Virus record (IMG/VR): IMGVR_UViG_3300018427_000754
Strand: one strand, 5' to 3'
DNA from: an uncultured virus (IMG/VR IMGVR_UViG_3300018427_000754)
Taxonomy: Duplodnaviria > Heunggongvirae > Uroviricota > Caudoviricetes
Length of the DNA: 64,000 nucleotides
The position numbers were made by a program, and so were the translations under genes. Position 1 is the first letter of the stretch, and each line of letters starts with the position of its first letter. Below, piece after piece: positions 27,670 through 38,050 of this stretch. The notes under the pieces are model-generated. The model was given only the letters and a program-made list of their open reading frames with translations. It was not told where the DNA came from and did not search any database.

Positions 27670-27897
27670 TTACGATGCAAAACTGTATTTTTCAGGAATC
27701 TTCCCTTTCGAGATACTCACAATAAGCTTTCCTAGCGTGGTGAAACGCATAATTGTTTTTTCTGACTTTTTAACGATAGTAGGAATCATCGTCCTCCTGT
27801 CAATCTCAAGAACTCCATCCAGTTCTTCCATCGATGGGCCATAGTCATATGTGATTTTCTCTTCTGTTTTCTTATTCAGTTTCATAGAGTAATACAT
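27670..27897 (-). CDS. Candidate immunity protein for the MuF C-terminal domain
   Basis: 75 aa, overlaps the minor capsid stop, followed by a terminator. Confidence 0.55.
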   Translation of the reverse strand: MYYSMKLNKKTEEKITYDYGPSMEELDGVLEIDRRTMIPTIVKKSEKTIMRFTTLGKLIVSISKGKIPEKYSFAS

Positions 27898-29494
27898 CTT
27901 CACCCCACCCTTCAAACATTTTATCCATTTCAACATCCCATGCATACTGTTCCTCAGCTATATCATGAGCTTCCCTATATGTAAGATTATACTCCTTCTC
28001 AACGGTAGATTCAAGATATTCATGTTCCAGCAGCAGTATATCTCTTTCTTCCGGATTGCCATCTGATAATCTTTTCCATGCTACAGCGATGTCGTAATCT
28101 TCATCGAACCTTCTTACGCCATCATCTAAAATATGTTCGTTAACAAATAAATGCTCTTTTATCTGTCTGACTTTTGTTTCTGAAAAGCCTGTAGTTTTTG
28201 AAATTTTTGAGATGTCTGAATCATCTTGTCTCCTTTCGTTGTAGAAACGTTTTGATTCTTTCTCCCTTCTTTCATATCGGTCTGCCAAAGTTTCTCTTCT
28301 GGCTCCAGTATTTTTTCGATTGCGCCACACTGCTTTGCTACTAACAGAACGATCATACCCTAATTCCTGTGTTCTCTCGTATTTAGGTCTTATCCCTGCA
28401 GTCTTGGCAAACTTCTTATACTCTTGCCTTTGTCGATTCAGCTTGATGCTGGCTGCAGTGAAATCATCATCCAGACCGGCAGCTTCATATCCTACCGCTT
28501 CTCTTTTCGTCTTTCTCATCTGACGTTCCATGTAGCGCATCCTCTGATTCGCCTCATAGTAGGTGTATTCTTTTCCCTCATAAGTAAATGGCGGAGGGTC
28601 AATGTTGGCCAGTTCCTCATCTGTCCATGTTCTCGTTGCGCCTTCTGGGACACCATAATAGCTGTGTCGGCAATTCACTCCGCACAACCCTCCAGCAGTT
28701 CCTAAGCCTGTCGATTGTTCAAGTGGCGGATATTGCTTGCTCCTTCCTGATCTGCTGAACAATCGTCCCTGCCATACCATGTGAGAAGGACGTGCGCCCG
28801 GATGAGCTGTCGTCTCAACGATATCGAATCCTAAATCATCACATACAGCCTCATTCATCTGCCTTGCCATCTGACAAATCCCTGTCAGGGTACACATTCT
28901 GGCAGCGGATGCGATGTTCATCCTCTTTCCAGATTCATAATCAATGAACTGGATTCCCTTTGCCGCCAGCTTCTTAACAGCATTTCTGATAGCAGTATTG
29001 TAATCTGTCACACCAGATGATACCTGCAGTTGCACATAGTCAAGAGTTCTTTGGTAGAAATCCGTGAGGTCTTCTCCCTCGTTATCTACTGCAACCCCCA
29101 TTGTTCCGGTGATATTCTTCAGTTCTCCACCAGTCTGCTTTGTAGCGGCATCCAAGAATCTCACGACCGCGGCATAGGAAGAAGCTCTTCCAGCTGTAAT
29201 GCCGGCACTAGCAAATCTTTCTGCGTCATTCTCTGCAGATGTAAGAGCTGCATCTTCAAATATCTCCTCTACTTCCTCTTCGGACATTTCCAGGATTCTC
29301 GCCGTTTCTCTTTGGATTTCTTCTTCAGAAAGACCAATTGCCTCGCCTCTCTGGGCAATCCATTCGGCTGTGTCTGTAACTCTTCCCGCCTTGGCAACTC
29401 TTCTGGCATAGTCCTTGATAATAAACTCATCAAGTTCCTGATACATCTCGTCAATGTTATCTGGATATGCAGCCATTTCTTCCGGTGTCAACAT
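27872..29494 (-). CDS. Minor capsid protein (Phage_min_cap2 / MuF-type) with toxin-like C-terminal extension
   Basis: HPGARPSHMVWQG, GLCGVNCRH, QRMRYMERQMR; extra ~140 aa with IKEHLF...LLEHEYLE...AH. Confidence 0.85.
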   Translation of the reverse strand: MLTPEEMAAYPDNIDEMYQELDEFIIKDYARRVAKAGRVTDTAEWIAQRGEAIGLSEEEIQRETARILEMSEEEVEEIFEDAALTSAENDAERFASAGITAGRASSYAAVVRFLDAATKQTGGELKNITGTMGVAVDNEGEDLTDFYQRTLDYVQLQVSSGVTDYNTAIRNAVKKLAAKGIQFIDYESGKRMNIASAARMCTLTGICQMARQMNEAVCDDLGFDIVETTAHPGARPSHMVWQGRLFSRSGRSKQYPPLEQSTGLGTAGGLCGVNCRHSYYGVPEGATRTWTDEELANIDPPPFTYEGKEYTYYEANQRMRYMERQMRKTKREAVGYEAAGLDDDFTAASIKLNRQRQEYKKFAKTAGIRPKYERTQELGYDRSVSSKAVWRNRKNTGARRETLADRYERREKESKRFYNERRQDDSDISKISKTTGFSETKVRQIKEHLFVNEHILDDGVRRFDEDYDIAVAWKRLSDGNPEERDILLLEHEYLESTVEKEYNLTYREAHDIAEEQYAWDVEMDKMFEGWGEDVLLYETE

Positions 29495-29500
29495 GGGCTA

Positions 29501-30937
29501 TCACTCCTCGTCATGTTCCGGAGGTTCATCCTCAGGGTCCTTTTCGTCAAATGCAGGAGGAAGCATCTTCAGCGCCTCTTCCTCACTTACACCAAAATAC
29601 CATGCAACAACTTTTTCTGGTCTGATCATTTTGGCCGCTGCCATCTGCATCAGTCTCTGGAACTCTATGTCTGCATCCTCCATGATGGAATCGCCAAAAT
29701 TGAACATTGTCTCATACTCGCCATCTGGTGCCAGTTCGTATAAAAGAGACAAGGCATACATTGCGTAAACAAGGTTCTCATGTGCCGTCTGGAACGCCTG
29801 CTGAATATCACATACCATGGAATAAGACCTCTGTTTTGACTGTTTTACCTCTGTGGCGGTTTTATCTACATTGGCAGGGTCAGAGATTGTGCCATAAGCC
29901 AACTGGCATTGGAACTCAATCTGTTTGAATATCTTATCCAAGCCGTTAAACAAGCTTGTATCACGAATATTCGGATTATATTCCTGCAGTTTCTTCTCCA
30001 TCCCTTCAAATGTACGGAACAGTCTCTTTTCTCTTCCTTCCAGCTTAAGATTTCCACGCTCATCTGTAAGGAACATTTCTTCATCTCCGAAGACAGCTGC
30101 CTGTGTGGCATCATATTCCCACAGAATATTCGACCATTGTTCATCTGCATTACGGATGGTCTTTACTGCCCTGGAAAATACTGAAACACCAAGAGGACTG
30201 CGAATCTCTACATTGTTGGCCATCGGCATTTTAAAATATGCGAACAATGTTTTTTCTATATTGTCAATGGAAACAAAAGGCTGCACTCCTTCCCATTCCG
30301 GAACTTCTGATAATTCCACCTCTTTTCCAAGGATAGAATCATTCGTATCATTCACATCCGACACTTCGGTTACAAAAGCCTTGTTCTCGATCGTGTATGT
30401 TGTTCCATTGAGCTCGTGTTTTTCCATTCTGGTATATTTCTTCTTGCCGATAATCTTCTGATCAGGGAAGATGCCGCCCATGATATTCCCATTGGAATCA
30501 AATTTTGTAGGATAGAAATCCTCTGCCTGAATAATACTGATGCCAATTTTCCCGGTCGTTTCAATGACATACGGTTTTAAAACGATTCCTCCCTTGGCAC
30601 AAGCATATTCCGTATATTGTCTGGCGTTGGCAATAGTTCCTTTCAATTGTTCATTGATATAGTCCGCCATAGGAGAGCCAGACACCTCCACTTTCATTTC
30701 TGATGTTACTAAACGGGCAATCTCTGCTGAAATCGTTGCCGCAAGGTTCAATGTCCCTAATACATTGTCCTTCCATGGCGGCTCGTCTTTATACATCATC
30801 GCCCATTCCTGGATTGAGTTCTCCATTTCACTCGACACGACAATCGTAGTGCTAAATGCATTCTCAATCGTGACCTTCTTTGAAATCAATCTTCTCACCA
30901 TCTTTCCAATTTTTTTAAAGATGTCGCCTACATTCAA
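29501..30937 (-). CDS. Portal protein (A118/SPP1-like)
   Basis: 478 aa after TerL; SPLGVSVF, KTATEV motifs. Confidence 0.9.
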   Translation of the reverse strand: MNVGDIFKKIGKMVRRLISKKVTIENAFSTTIVVSSEMENSIQEWAMMYKDEPPWKDNVLGTLNLAATISAEIARLVTSEMKVEVSGSPMADYINEQLKGTIANARQYTEYACAKGGIVLKPYVIETTGKIGISIIQAEDFYPTKFDSNGNIMGGIFPDQKIIGKKKYTRMEKHELNGTTYTIENKAFVTEVSDVNDTNDSILGKEVELSEVPEWEGVQPFVSIDNIEKTLFAYFKMPMANNVEIRSPLGVSVFSRAVKTIRNADEQWSNILWEYDATQAAVFGDEEMFLTDERGNLKLEGREKRLFRTFEGMEKKLQEYNPNIRDTSLFNGLDKIFKQIEFQCQLAYGTISDPANVDKTATEVKQSKQRSYSMVCDIQQAFQTAHENLVYAMYALSLLYELAPDGEYETMFNFGDSIMEDADIEFQRLMQMAAAKMIRPEKVVAWYFGVSEEEALKMLPPAFDEKDPEDEPPEHDEE

Positions 30938-32385
30938 GCATCACCACCTCTTTTCACTATCAGTTTGTTTATGAACCTCTCGAAACAGTATTCAAAGGCA
31001 TCCAGACTATCGATATCTGTCGTGCCATCATCCAGTCTCACATTCTCAGTAAGCACCTTTGGATCCCATACTGCTGTGGAGATTGCATCCATCAATGACA
31101 GGCATTCCTTTTCGACATAAAAAAACCTGCCGGCTACCGACAGGGCTACTAGGGTAAAAATCCTATCATTTATGATTGTCTTTAAGGCATTGGTCGGAGC
31201 AATATTGCCGAAACCTGCCTGATTCATAGCTTTCTTTAATCCTCTTATCAATACGGATTCTGCAGAATCGGCATATGTTGCTGATACAAAGCCATAGGTA
31301 TAATACACATCCTCTACGAACTTCACGAACAGCTTTCCGAGCATGTCCGGGTCAACATCCTTGATTTCCTTTCCGGTATCCGGGTCTATCTCCCCCTCTT
31401 TATACCTTCTGGACTTCAAGGCGATTACTTCCTTGTATCCATGAGTTACTCCGGCGGCTACAAATGCATGACCAGAACCGTTACCTCCAAAGTCTACAGC
31501 AACGATTATCTTCATGAACTTCTTCTGCCTTGCTTCTTCTACAGTCAAGCTGTGAGGTTTCTTCTGTTCCTCCGGAAGAGAAAACTCTGATGCCAGTTTG
31601 CTGTATATCAATCCCTCAGCGATACATCTCATTCCTATGATGTCTCTGTTGTACCAGATACTTCCTTTTTCGTACTGAGATATGAATGCATCCCTGCTTT
31701 CTTTGCTGATGTTGATATTATCGAAGATAGTGAATTTCTGGTAGTTTACTCCCCCAAGAAGCTCACCTGTCTTGTGCATCTTTACATACTTATCAATGTA
31801 ATCCGTATATATCTTTGCTTTCGGGTGGTCGGGGTTCAGATCCCAAAAGAACTTTCTTCGATGACTGGCCAGTGTTCGGTTGAACGCCTCTTTGATGGTA
31901 TTGTCATGATGCAGATTGACCTCAGTGGCAATCCACATGCCATAAGAGTTACCACGTATCTTTTTGAATGATGATGCAAGAGCTGCACCAGCGAAGATAA
32001 CAACCTTCTCTTTGAATCCTGTGTCAGGTCCATTAATGATAAGGCACTCATTTCCTTTGTATTTTCCCCATTTGCACTGACCTCTGAATATGCCTTCAAG
32101 ACCCATTCCGTTGCAGTCACCAATGTTCAGTTTGGCATTGGCTCCCGTACTTCCCGTGGCCAAATGCAGCTTGTCCGGATGAGTCTTCAGCTCATGAGCA
32201 AAAGCATAGACGTTATCCACAGTTTTTCCGGCTCGAACTGCTCCTTCTGCCATGTTGTACACATTGTGTTGACAATTCCGTATATAACTAATATGTTTCT
32301 GGGAAAAATTGAAATTCAGTGTTTTCTTTCTCTTCTGTTCGACCTTACTCTTCTGACATCTGAGGACCCTTTGCTTCTTCCGCAT
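30934..32385 (-). CDS. terL: Terminase large subunit (PBSX-like)
   Basis: EGAVRAGKT Walker A, WDLNPD, VDFG and DSLDAFEY nuclease motifs. Confidence 0.92.
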   Translation of the reverse strand: MRKKQRVLRCQKSKVEQKRKKTLNFNFSQKHISYIRNCQHNVYNMAEGAVRAGKTVDNVYAFAHELKTHPDKLHLATGSTGANAKLNIGDCNGMGLEGIFRGQCKWGKYKGNECLIINGPDTGFKEKVVIFAGAALASSFKKIRGNSYGMWIATEVNLHHDNTIKEAFNRTLASHRRKFFWDLNPDHPKAKIYTDYIDKYVKMHKTGELLGGVNYQKFTIFDNINISKESRDAFISQYEKGSIWYNRDIIGMRCIAEGLIYSKLASEFSLPEEQKKPHSLTVEEARQKKFMKIIVAVDFGGNGSGHAFVAAGVTHGYKEVIALKSRRYKEGEIDPDTGKEIKDVDPDMLGKLFVKFVEDVYYTYGFVSATYADSAESVLIRGLKKAMNQAGFGNIAPTNALKTIINDRIFTLVALSVAGRFFYVEKECLSLMDAISTAVWDPKVLTENVRLDDGTTDIDSLDAFEYCFERFINKLIVKRGGDA

Positions 32386-33289
32386 CGGTCACACCTCCTT
32401 CATCCAGCACAGAACCATATATCAGATTGTCTGCATCTGTGGTGTCTTCCAACTCAACATCAGTTCCAAGGAGTTTATTGGTAGAAGCATCCATATGTTC
32501 AATCTGTGCATCCAGCAATTCTTTCTGCAGCTCATGAAGGTCTGCTTCTCTTTGTTCCCTAGCCTCATCGATTTCATATTTGCGCCTATCATTCTGCAAT
32601 CTGATAAGGGAATCAATCGCTTTGGTCTTTGCTCTTTGTACCTTTGTCAGCTCAGCCTCTAAAGCCATAATGCTCGTAATGATAGTTGCTGTATGTGTGA
32701 CTGTCCTTTCTTCCACTGTGTCAAGGATAGGATTGCCATCCGCATTCAGAATAGGGATTCCGTCTTCATTCAGCCTCATGGCAGTATCTTTCGATTTTGT
32801 AATGGCACTGACCGCAAACCCTTTGTTCTGGATCTCCAGTTCTTTATACTGCTTTATCCGGTTCATCAGGCGCCGTTCCCTGATGGTATACAATTGAATC
32901 TGTTTCCTCAGTTCTTCTTCGGCATCCATGTATTCCTCTTCGAGCAATGCCAGCTCGTCCTCGTCAAGACTGTCCCAGTACTTCGAATATGCTCCATGGG
33001 TAAGTGCGTTCTTATTGCCTAAAGGAGCTCCGCCGCCCTTATTTCCTTTCGCATTCTTATTGCCTAAGGGTGCACCCCTCTTTCTAGGTGAGGATGCACC
33101 TTTTTCCTTCTTCTCTGGTTTCTTCTTCGGAGGAGGATTTCTGTCCTTATCCCTCTTAATCCACGACTTAATCGTGTTGATGGAAATTCCTGTTTTTTCT
33201 GCCAGTGCTTTTGGCCCGACACCTTTTTTGTACTCAGCAAGGACTTTCGCTCTTAACTCTTCGTTTGTCGGTGCCCTTGTCTCATTCAT
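32345..33289 (-). CDS. terS: Terminase small subunit
   Basis: N-terminal HTH (INTIKSWIKR), GGGAPLGNKNALTHG motif. Confidence 0.85.
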   Translation of the reverse strand: MNETRAPTNEELRAKVLAEYKKGVGPKALAEKTGISINTIKSWIKRDKDRNPPPKKKPEKKEKGASSPRKRGAPLGNKNAKGNKGGGAPLGNKNALTHGAYSKYWDSLDEDELALLEEEYMDAEEELRKQIQLYTIRERRLMNRIKQYKELEIQNKGFAVSAITKSKDTAMRLNEDGIPILNADGNPILDTVEERTVTHTATIITSIMALEAELTKVQRAKTKAIDSLIRLQNDRRKYEIDEAREQREADLHELQKELLDAQIEHMDASTNKLLGTDVELEDTTDADNLIYGSVLDEGGVTDAEEAKGPQMSEE

Positions 33290-33388
33290 ACCACCACCTC
33301 GCCATTTTATGTTTGATTCTCATTTTTCAGATTATTGCCGTAGCAGTCTGACGATTCTCTCCGCTAGCGACTTTTACGCGCTAAAACA

Positions 33389-33949
33389 CTAAATTCTTGT
33401 AATAAACTCAGCATTTGAATAACTATTTACTCCTTTTGTCATCATTTTAAGGAAATCGTCTTTAGAAAAATCAGATAATCTAAAGACTTCTTCTGGTCTC
33501 ATTCCGAGCTGCTTGCTGATTTCCTCGACCGTCTTTCCCTCGTCCATGAGTTCTTTTACAATCTTCTTCATTGGTTCGAGCAAATGGGTACCTCTCGCCC
33601 TGTTATGGGTAACGGTACCGTAGATGTCCTCAGAATGTTCTTTATGGTCCACGATTACAACGAGGACTTTCCCTTCCAGGCGTTCGTATAATGTTCTCCG
33701 GTCTTCTTTTTCTGAAGGTGGAACATAATTCCAGTCCGGGCCGGATACTGTCCAGCGGTGGAATCCATCAATAATCGTTCCATCCGGCCGAATCACAATC
33801 GGCAATGTCCATCCATTTGTAAATATGGATTGCGTCAATAGTTCCAAATTCTGTGTTGATACCCTGTTCGGGTTGTAATTATTCGGTTTTACCAGATTTC
33901 TGTCCATCCACTGCATGGTAGAAGAAGGTGCTGTCAGCCTATTGTCCAT
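33389..33949 (-). CDS. ParB/Srx-like protein (IbrB-like)
   Basis: PNNYNPN, IIDGFHRW, TVTHNRARGTH, C-terminal HTH. Confidence 0.85.
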   Translation of the reverse strand: MDNRLTAPSSTMQWMDRNLVKPNNYNPNRVSTQNLELLTQSIFTNGWTLPIVIRPDGTIIDGFHRWTVSGPDWNYVPPSEKEDRRTLYERLEGKVLVVIVDHKEHSEDIYGTVTHNRARGTHLLEPMKKIVKELMDEGKTVEEISKQLGMRPEEVFRLSDFSKDDFLKMMTKGVNSYSNAEFITRI

Positions 33950-35096
33950 TCTTATCTCTCTCCTTTTGTTCATCTTTTGAAATCTGCACGTACTTGGTAT
34001 ACACACTCTGGTATATTGCTCTCAGATTCCTCAGTTTCGGGTCTCCAGCCATCAGGCTCTCATATAATCGTTTCAGATCCTGTTCTCCAATGATCTGCAT
34101 GACCGACATGTAGAAATTCCTATAGCTTTTTCCGACTTTCCTTTTATGCGGCGTATCGAAATAAAAATCGAAATTACTGAACATCTTATGTAGTTCCGCC
34201 CTGTAATCCTTCTTTTCTGTATCTTTCTCCATTTCTTTTCTGCTCCGGCTGCTCCTTCCGAACATCTCCGTATCCCAATAAAGAGCTGCGAGATATGCGT
34301 TCGGTTCTCTCCTGATAATGGAATCGAGCAGATTCGGATAATACTCGTTCATCTTCACGAGCGATCTGGCTGTGTCTACGGAAAAGAACTGTGATACTCT
34401 CATCTGATTCTTATTGCTTCCTGCCTGCCACATATAAAGATAAATATCCGGAATATTTACATTGTGCTCCTTAAGATACAGCCAGACATCATTATTCTTC
34501 CAATCGTATATCGGATAGATCTTCTTCCGTCCGACGCTGTTCTTTCCCTTCTGGGTGATTCTGGCGAAGTTCTGCAGTCTCTGTAATGATTCTGCTGTCC
34601 TTACTCCGACCATTGTCATTCCTCCTGCGCACTTCTTATCAAGGAAATCCTGATATGTGTCCAGTCGTTCTCTGAGCATCCAATGCTTCCTAATGGCAAA
34701 TGAAGGGGGATTCCTTACCCACCTGTCAGCTTTTTCTTCATCCCAGCATATAAATGATTCATCATTCTCCAGCTGATTAAAGCAATTAAAATGGCGCACC
34801 TGCAAGCAGTACCACTCGAACTTTGCGCCATACATTAAAAACTTCTTTCTCCATTCCTTCACGGTCTTTTCAATACATGGAAATATGGCTTCCTCATCAA
34901 TGAACTGTACCGTGAGCTGTGTTGCATCTATTTCGTTCTTCTGTATCAGTTCTAAGGTAAGATTGGCCAAACACAGGCTGTCTTTTCCTCCCGAAAATGA
35001 CATGAATACCGGCAGGCCGTTACTAAATGCATTCTTTATCCGGATATAAGCTGCTTCTACTACATCAATACTGGCCGCACATCGTTTTACAGCCAT
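33939..35096 (-). CDS. PP-loop / PAPS-reductase-family protein (IbrA-like)
   Basis: SFSGGKDS, FIDEE, GVRTAESLQR, YPIYDW, MRVSQ. Confidence 0.85.
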   Translation of the reverse strand: MAVKRCAASIDVVEAAYIRIKNAFSNGLPVFMSFSGGKDSLCLANLTLELIQKNEIDATQLTVQFIDEEAIFPCIEKTVKEWRKKFLMYGAKFEWYCLQVRHFNCFNQLENDESFICWDEEKADRWVRNPPSFAIRKHWMLRERLDTYQDFLDKKCAGGMTMVGVRTAESLQRLQNFARITQKGKNSVGRKKIYPIYDWKNNDVWLYLKEHNVNIPDIYLYMWQAGSNKNQMRVSQFFSVDTARSLVKMNEYYPNLLDSIIRREPNAYLAALYWDTEMFGRSSRSRKEMEKDTEKKDYRAELHKMFSNFDFYFDTPHKRKVGKSYRNFYMSVMQIIGEQDLKRLYESLMAGDPKLRNLRAIYQSVYTKYVQISKDEQKERDKNGQ

Positions 35097-35746
35097 ATCT
35101 TTTCTCCGCATTTCGGACAGACAACAAATCTCTGTACTTCTGTCCTGTCTTCTTCCATGCTCTCATTCGTGAGCGTATTGGACATTTCTGCAGGTTTTCC
35201 GGTCATAATAGAATCATTTTGTACATTTTTTGATTCTATCTGAACACTTTCTTCTTTTTCTGCTCTTTCTTCCTGTTTCTTACCTATGGTCCTGATATCA
35301 TTAATCTCCTGGGCATCCAACTTTCCGTATGAAGAGATTGCTTCCGTAATCTCTTCCGCATCTGCGACCATCTCTCTCAAGATGTCCTCATCGAATCCTG
35401 GAATGTCCAGATCGTCTTTTAACTCTTCAATGAACTCATTCAGCACTTCCAGATTTTCCACACCCAGGTTAAAAATCTTATTGTCTGCAATCATGAGCTT
35501 CTTTTTCTGTGCCGGCGACAATGCCGTGAACTGATATACGTCTGCTTCCACATATCCCATTCTGGTCAGAGTGTCATAAAGTCCGACTCCGACGAGAATC
35601 GTGTTGGTCTCATCTACAATGATGGGCCGGATCTGCCCGAACATCTTGACGCTCCGTTCATACTCCTGGAGCTGTCTCTCGGTATGGTTACGTACGTTCT
35701 TTTTCGGCTTTATCATCTCAGCCAGTTTCATTTTGATTGTCTGCAT
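35087..35746 (-). CDS. ParB-N-like protein with degenerate active site and C-terminal CPKC
   Basis: NVRNH...FGQIRPIIVDE...ADNK; GVGL where GHGR is usual. Confidence 0.8.
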   Translation of the reverse strand: MQTIKMKLAEMIKPKKNVRNHTERQLQEYERSVKMFGQIRPIIVDETNTILVGVGLYDTLTRMGYVEADVYQFTALSPAQKKKLMIADNKIFNLGVENLEVLNEFIEELKDDLDIPGFDEDILREMVADAEEITEAISSYGKLDAQEINDIRTIGKKQEERAEKEESVQIESKNVQNDSIMTGKPAEMSNTLTNESMEEDRTEVQRFVVCPKCGEKIWL

Positions 35747-35778
35747 AAAAAAATCCTCCTAAAACATCTTTAGAAGGA
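35747..35778 (-). terminator. Terminator-like hairpin that also sequesters the SD of the ParB-N gene
   Basis: Minus strand TCCTTCTAAA-GATGT-TTTAGGAGGA-T7-ATG. Confidence 0.5.
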
Positions 35779-35808
35779 CAATGGCAAATTCCCGCCTGCA
35801 AGCGGTCT

Positions 35809-36597
35809 TTATTCTATTGTAGATTTTATATACTCTTCTGCCCCCGGAAGCCTTCCTGAGGCATTCTGTACAATCTCAGGGCATATCTGGTATATTTCTT
35901 CCCATGCACTCTGTACATCTTTCGTCCACTGTCTTGCCGGCCATGGATGAGTGCCACAGAGATAACCGTTCTTCCAATCATAAATTGGCGGCATTTCCAA
36001 TCCGTAATAATGGATGAATGCCAGCAATGCCTCATGTGACCAATCTGCAATCGGGCTGTATCTTGTAATGCCCTTGGCATTGGTATAGATATTGCTCTTG
36101 CGGCCGACGTAATTGCCGTCCGCGCGTCTTCTTCCGAGAAGAATCATATCCAGTTCTTTTTCTTTGTAATATTTCGCCTGTCCGGTATGCTGTACGATAC
36201 GGAACCAGATGGATGCTGTCTTTGCTTCCTGAGGGAACAGCATTTCCGGATGTTTCGCCAGCCAATCCATATCCTGACCGGTATTGATGATCTCCAGCTT
36301 CTCTGGTCTGTGTTCGTTTATCCACTCCATGAACGAAGGGTATTCCAGTTCACAAACTGCCATCATGCAGTCTTCGATTCCAGCCATCTCACAGAGTTTG
36401 CCAAGGACAATACTGTCCTTACCACCCGACCATGCATATGCTGCCTTTTTCCCAGCAGTGTTCGTTTTGATTTCTTCTACTGTTTCATTCACCAGCGCAT
36501 CCAGTTCCGGCCGGGACACATACTGTTCTATGTTATAGAACACCTCTTTCCATTTTTCATTATCGATATTCTGCTTTCTTCCCAGTACTTTTTCCAT
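35809..36597 (-). CDS. Second PP-loop / PAPS-reductase-family protein
   Basis: AWSGGKDS, LGRRRADG, YSPIADWS. Confidence 0.82.
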   Translation of the reverse strand: MEKVLGRKQNIDNEKWKEVFYNIEQYVSRPELDALVNETVEEIKTNTAGKKAAYAWSGGKDSIVLGKLCEMAGIEDCMMAVCELEYPSFMEWINEHRPEKLEIINTGQDMDWLAKHPEMLFPQEAKTASIWFRIVQHTGQAKYYKEKELDMILLGRRRADGNYVGRKSNIYTNAKGITRYSPIADWSHEALLAFIHYYGLEMPPIYDWKNGYLCGTHPWPARQWTKDVQSAWEEIYQICPEIVQNASGRLPGAEEYIKSTIE

Positions 36598-37979
36598 TAT
36601 CGCGCCTCCTGTTTTCCCTTCTTGGATAATAAAAAGGCGACAATTCCGGATGTCAGTACCGTAAGAAGACTTCCCATCGTTTTGTATACAGAGATATTAA
36701 AGATATTTCCATACGCGAATATTGGGAGTCCGATGATGAGTGCCGCCACGATTCCCTTTACCACAGCTCCAGATCTGAGCTGTACGCCTTTCAAGGTGAA
36801 CATGGTAGGCAACAATGTGGCAGCTCTTAATGTTCCGTAAAAAAGGAACAGGTGCGTCACTGTGAGCCCTGGTATATTTGCCACAAGACATCCTAGGATA
36901 AGCAGCAGAATCATGGAACCTTTTGCAGATTTCATAGAATCTTTTGTCTTTAAGTCCGTCGTAAGAGAAGAGACTGCACAAAGATTGCTGTCAATCGTGG
37001 ACAGCAGTCCTGAAACGATCATGAAAAGAAATGGAATGATGCACCATGCTGGAAGATATTCCATTATGATTTCAAAATTCAGAACACTGAGGTCCTGTAC
37101 CACAAATCCATTTCCAGCCGCAATGAAACCTAATATTCCCATACAGAGCGGTACGATTCCAAACAGCAATGCACCTACAAAGAATGATTTTCCGATGTGC
37201 TTCTCCTCTGTGCAGAATGCTCTCTGCCAGAAGCATTGGTCTCCAAATGGTCCGGACAATAATCCGATGGCTGTAGGAAGACCGAATCCAAGGAATACTT
37301 CCAGTCCGTTCGCTGAGAACAGAGAACCGAACTCTCCAGAAAATCCTCCAATTCCGTTGGTCAATTCAGTAATGCCTCCATTTTTCAGGCAGAAGAATGC
37401 GAACCCTACCGCGGTCACCAGCATAAAAACCATCTGTAGTGCGTCCGTCGTAATGGATGCCTTAATGCCTGAGAACTGGGAATAGGAATATGCGATAACT
37501 GCCATGATAATAGTCATGCACCAGAACGGCACCCCTGTAATCATCGACAACAGCTTGCTCCCTGCAAGAAGCTGTACTCCCGTCGAAAGGATTGACAGTG
37601 CTCCCAACTGGAACAGATACATGTTCCTTACGGATTTCGATTTGTATTTATCATGCATATATCCCGACAAGGTAATTCCTTTGGGCATCTCTTTACGAAT
37701 CCGCTTAGCGAAAGGGATAAATATGATAAGGCACAGCACGTTCGGAACGAGGAACCAGAACAGCCCTGCAAGACCGCTCGTATATGCTTTCTCTGCCGAT
37801 GTGAACAATGCCGGTGCCCATATCCATGTAGCGGCAATACTGAGTGCTGATACGAACCAGTTCCCTTTTCTGTCCCCTACACAGAACTGCTCCACATTTT
37901 CTCCTTTCTTGGTGAATGTGAATGTCGCAGCCAACATGATGGCTGCATAAATAATCAAAACTAAAATTCCTGTGTTCAT
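36597..37979 (-). CDS. Sodium:solute symporter (SSS family)
   Basis: About 460 aa with many TM helices; SIAATWIWAPAL, GIKASITTD, DQCFWQRAF, LSTIDS. Confidence 0.88.
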   Translation of the reverse strand: MNTGILVLIIYAAIMLAATFTFTKKGENVEQFCVGDRKGNWFVSALSIAATWIWAPALFTSAEKAYTSGLAGLFWFLVPNVLCLIIFIPFAKRIRKEMPKGITLSGYMHDKYKSKSVRNMYLFQLGALSILSTGVQLLAGSKLLSMITGVPFWCMTIIMAVIAYSYSQFSGIKASITTDALQMVFMLVTAVGFAFFCLKNGGITELTNGIGGFSGEFGSLFSANGLEVFLGFGLPTAIGLLSGPFGDQCFWQRAFCTEEKHIGKSFFVGALLFGIVPLCMGILGFIAAGNGFVVQDLSVLNFEIIMEYLPAWCIIPFLFMIVSGLLSTIDSNLCAVSSLTTDLKTKDSMKSAKGSMILLLILGCLVANIPGLTVTHLFLFYGTLRAATLLPTMFTLKGVQLRSGAVVKGIVAALIIGLPIFAYGNIFNISVYKTMGSLLTVLTSGIVAFLLSKKGKQEAR

Positions 37980-38050
37980 TAATTTGCCTCCTTCTTTTTT
38001 CATCGAAGGGCATTCTTCCGTAAATCAATATCTCCTTTCCCGGACTAATT

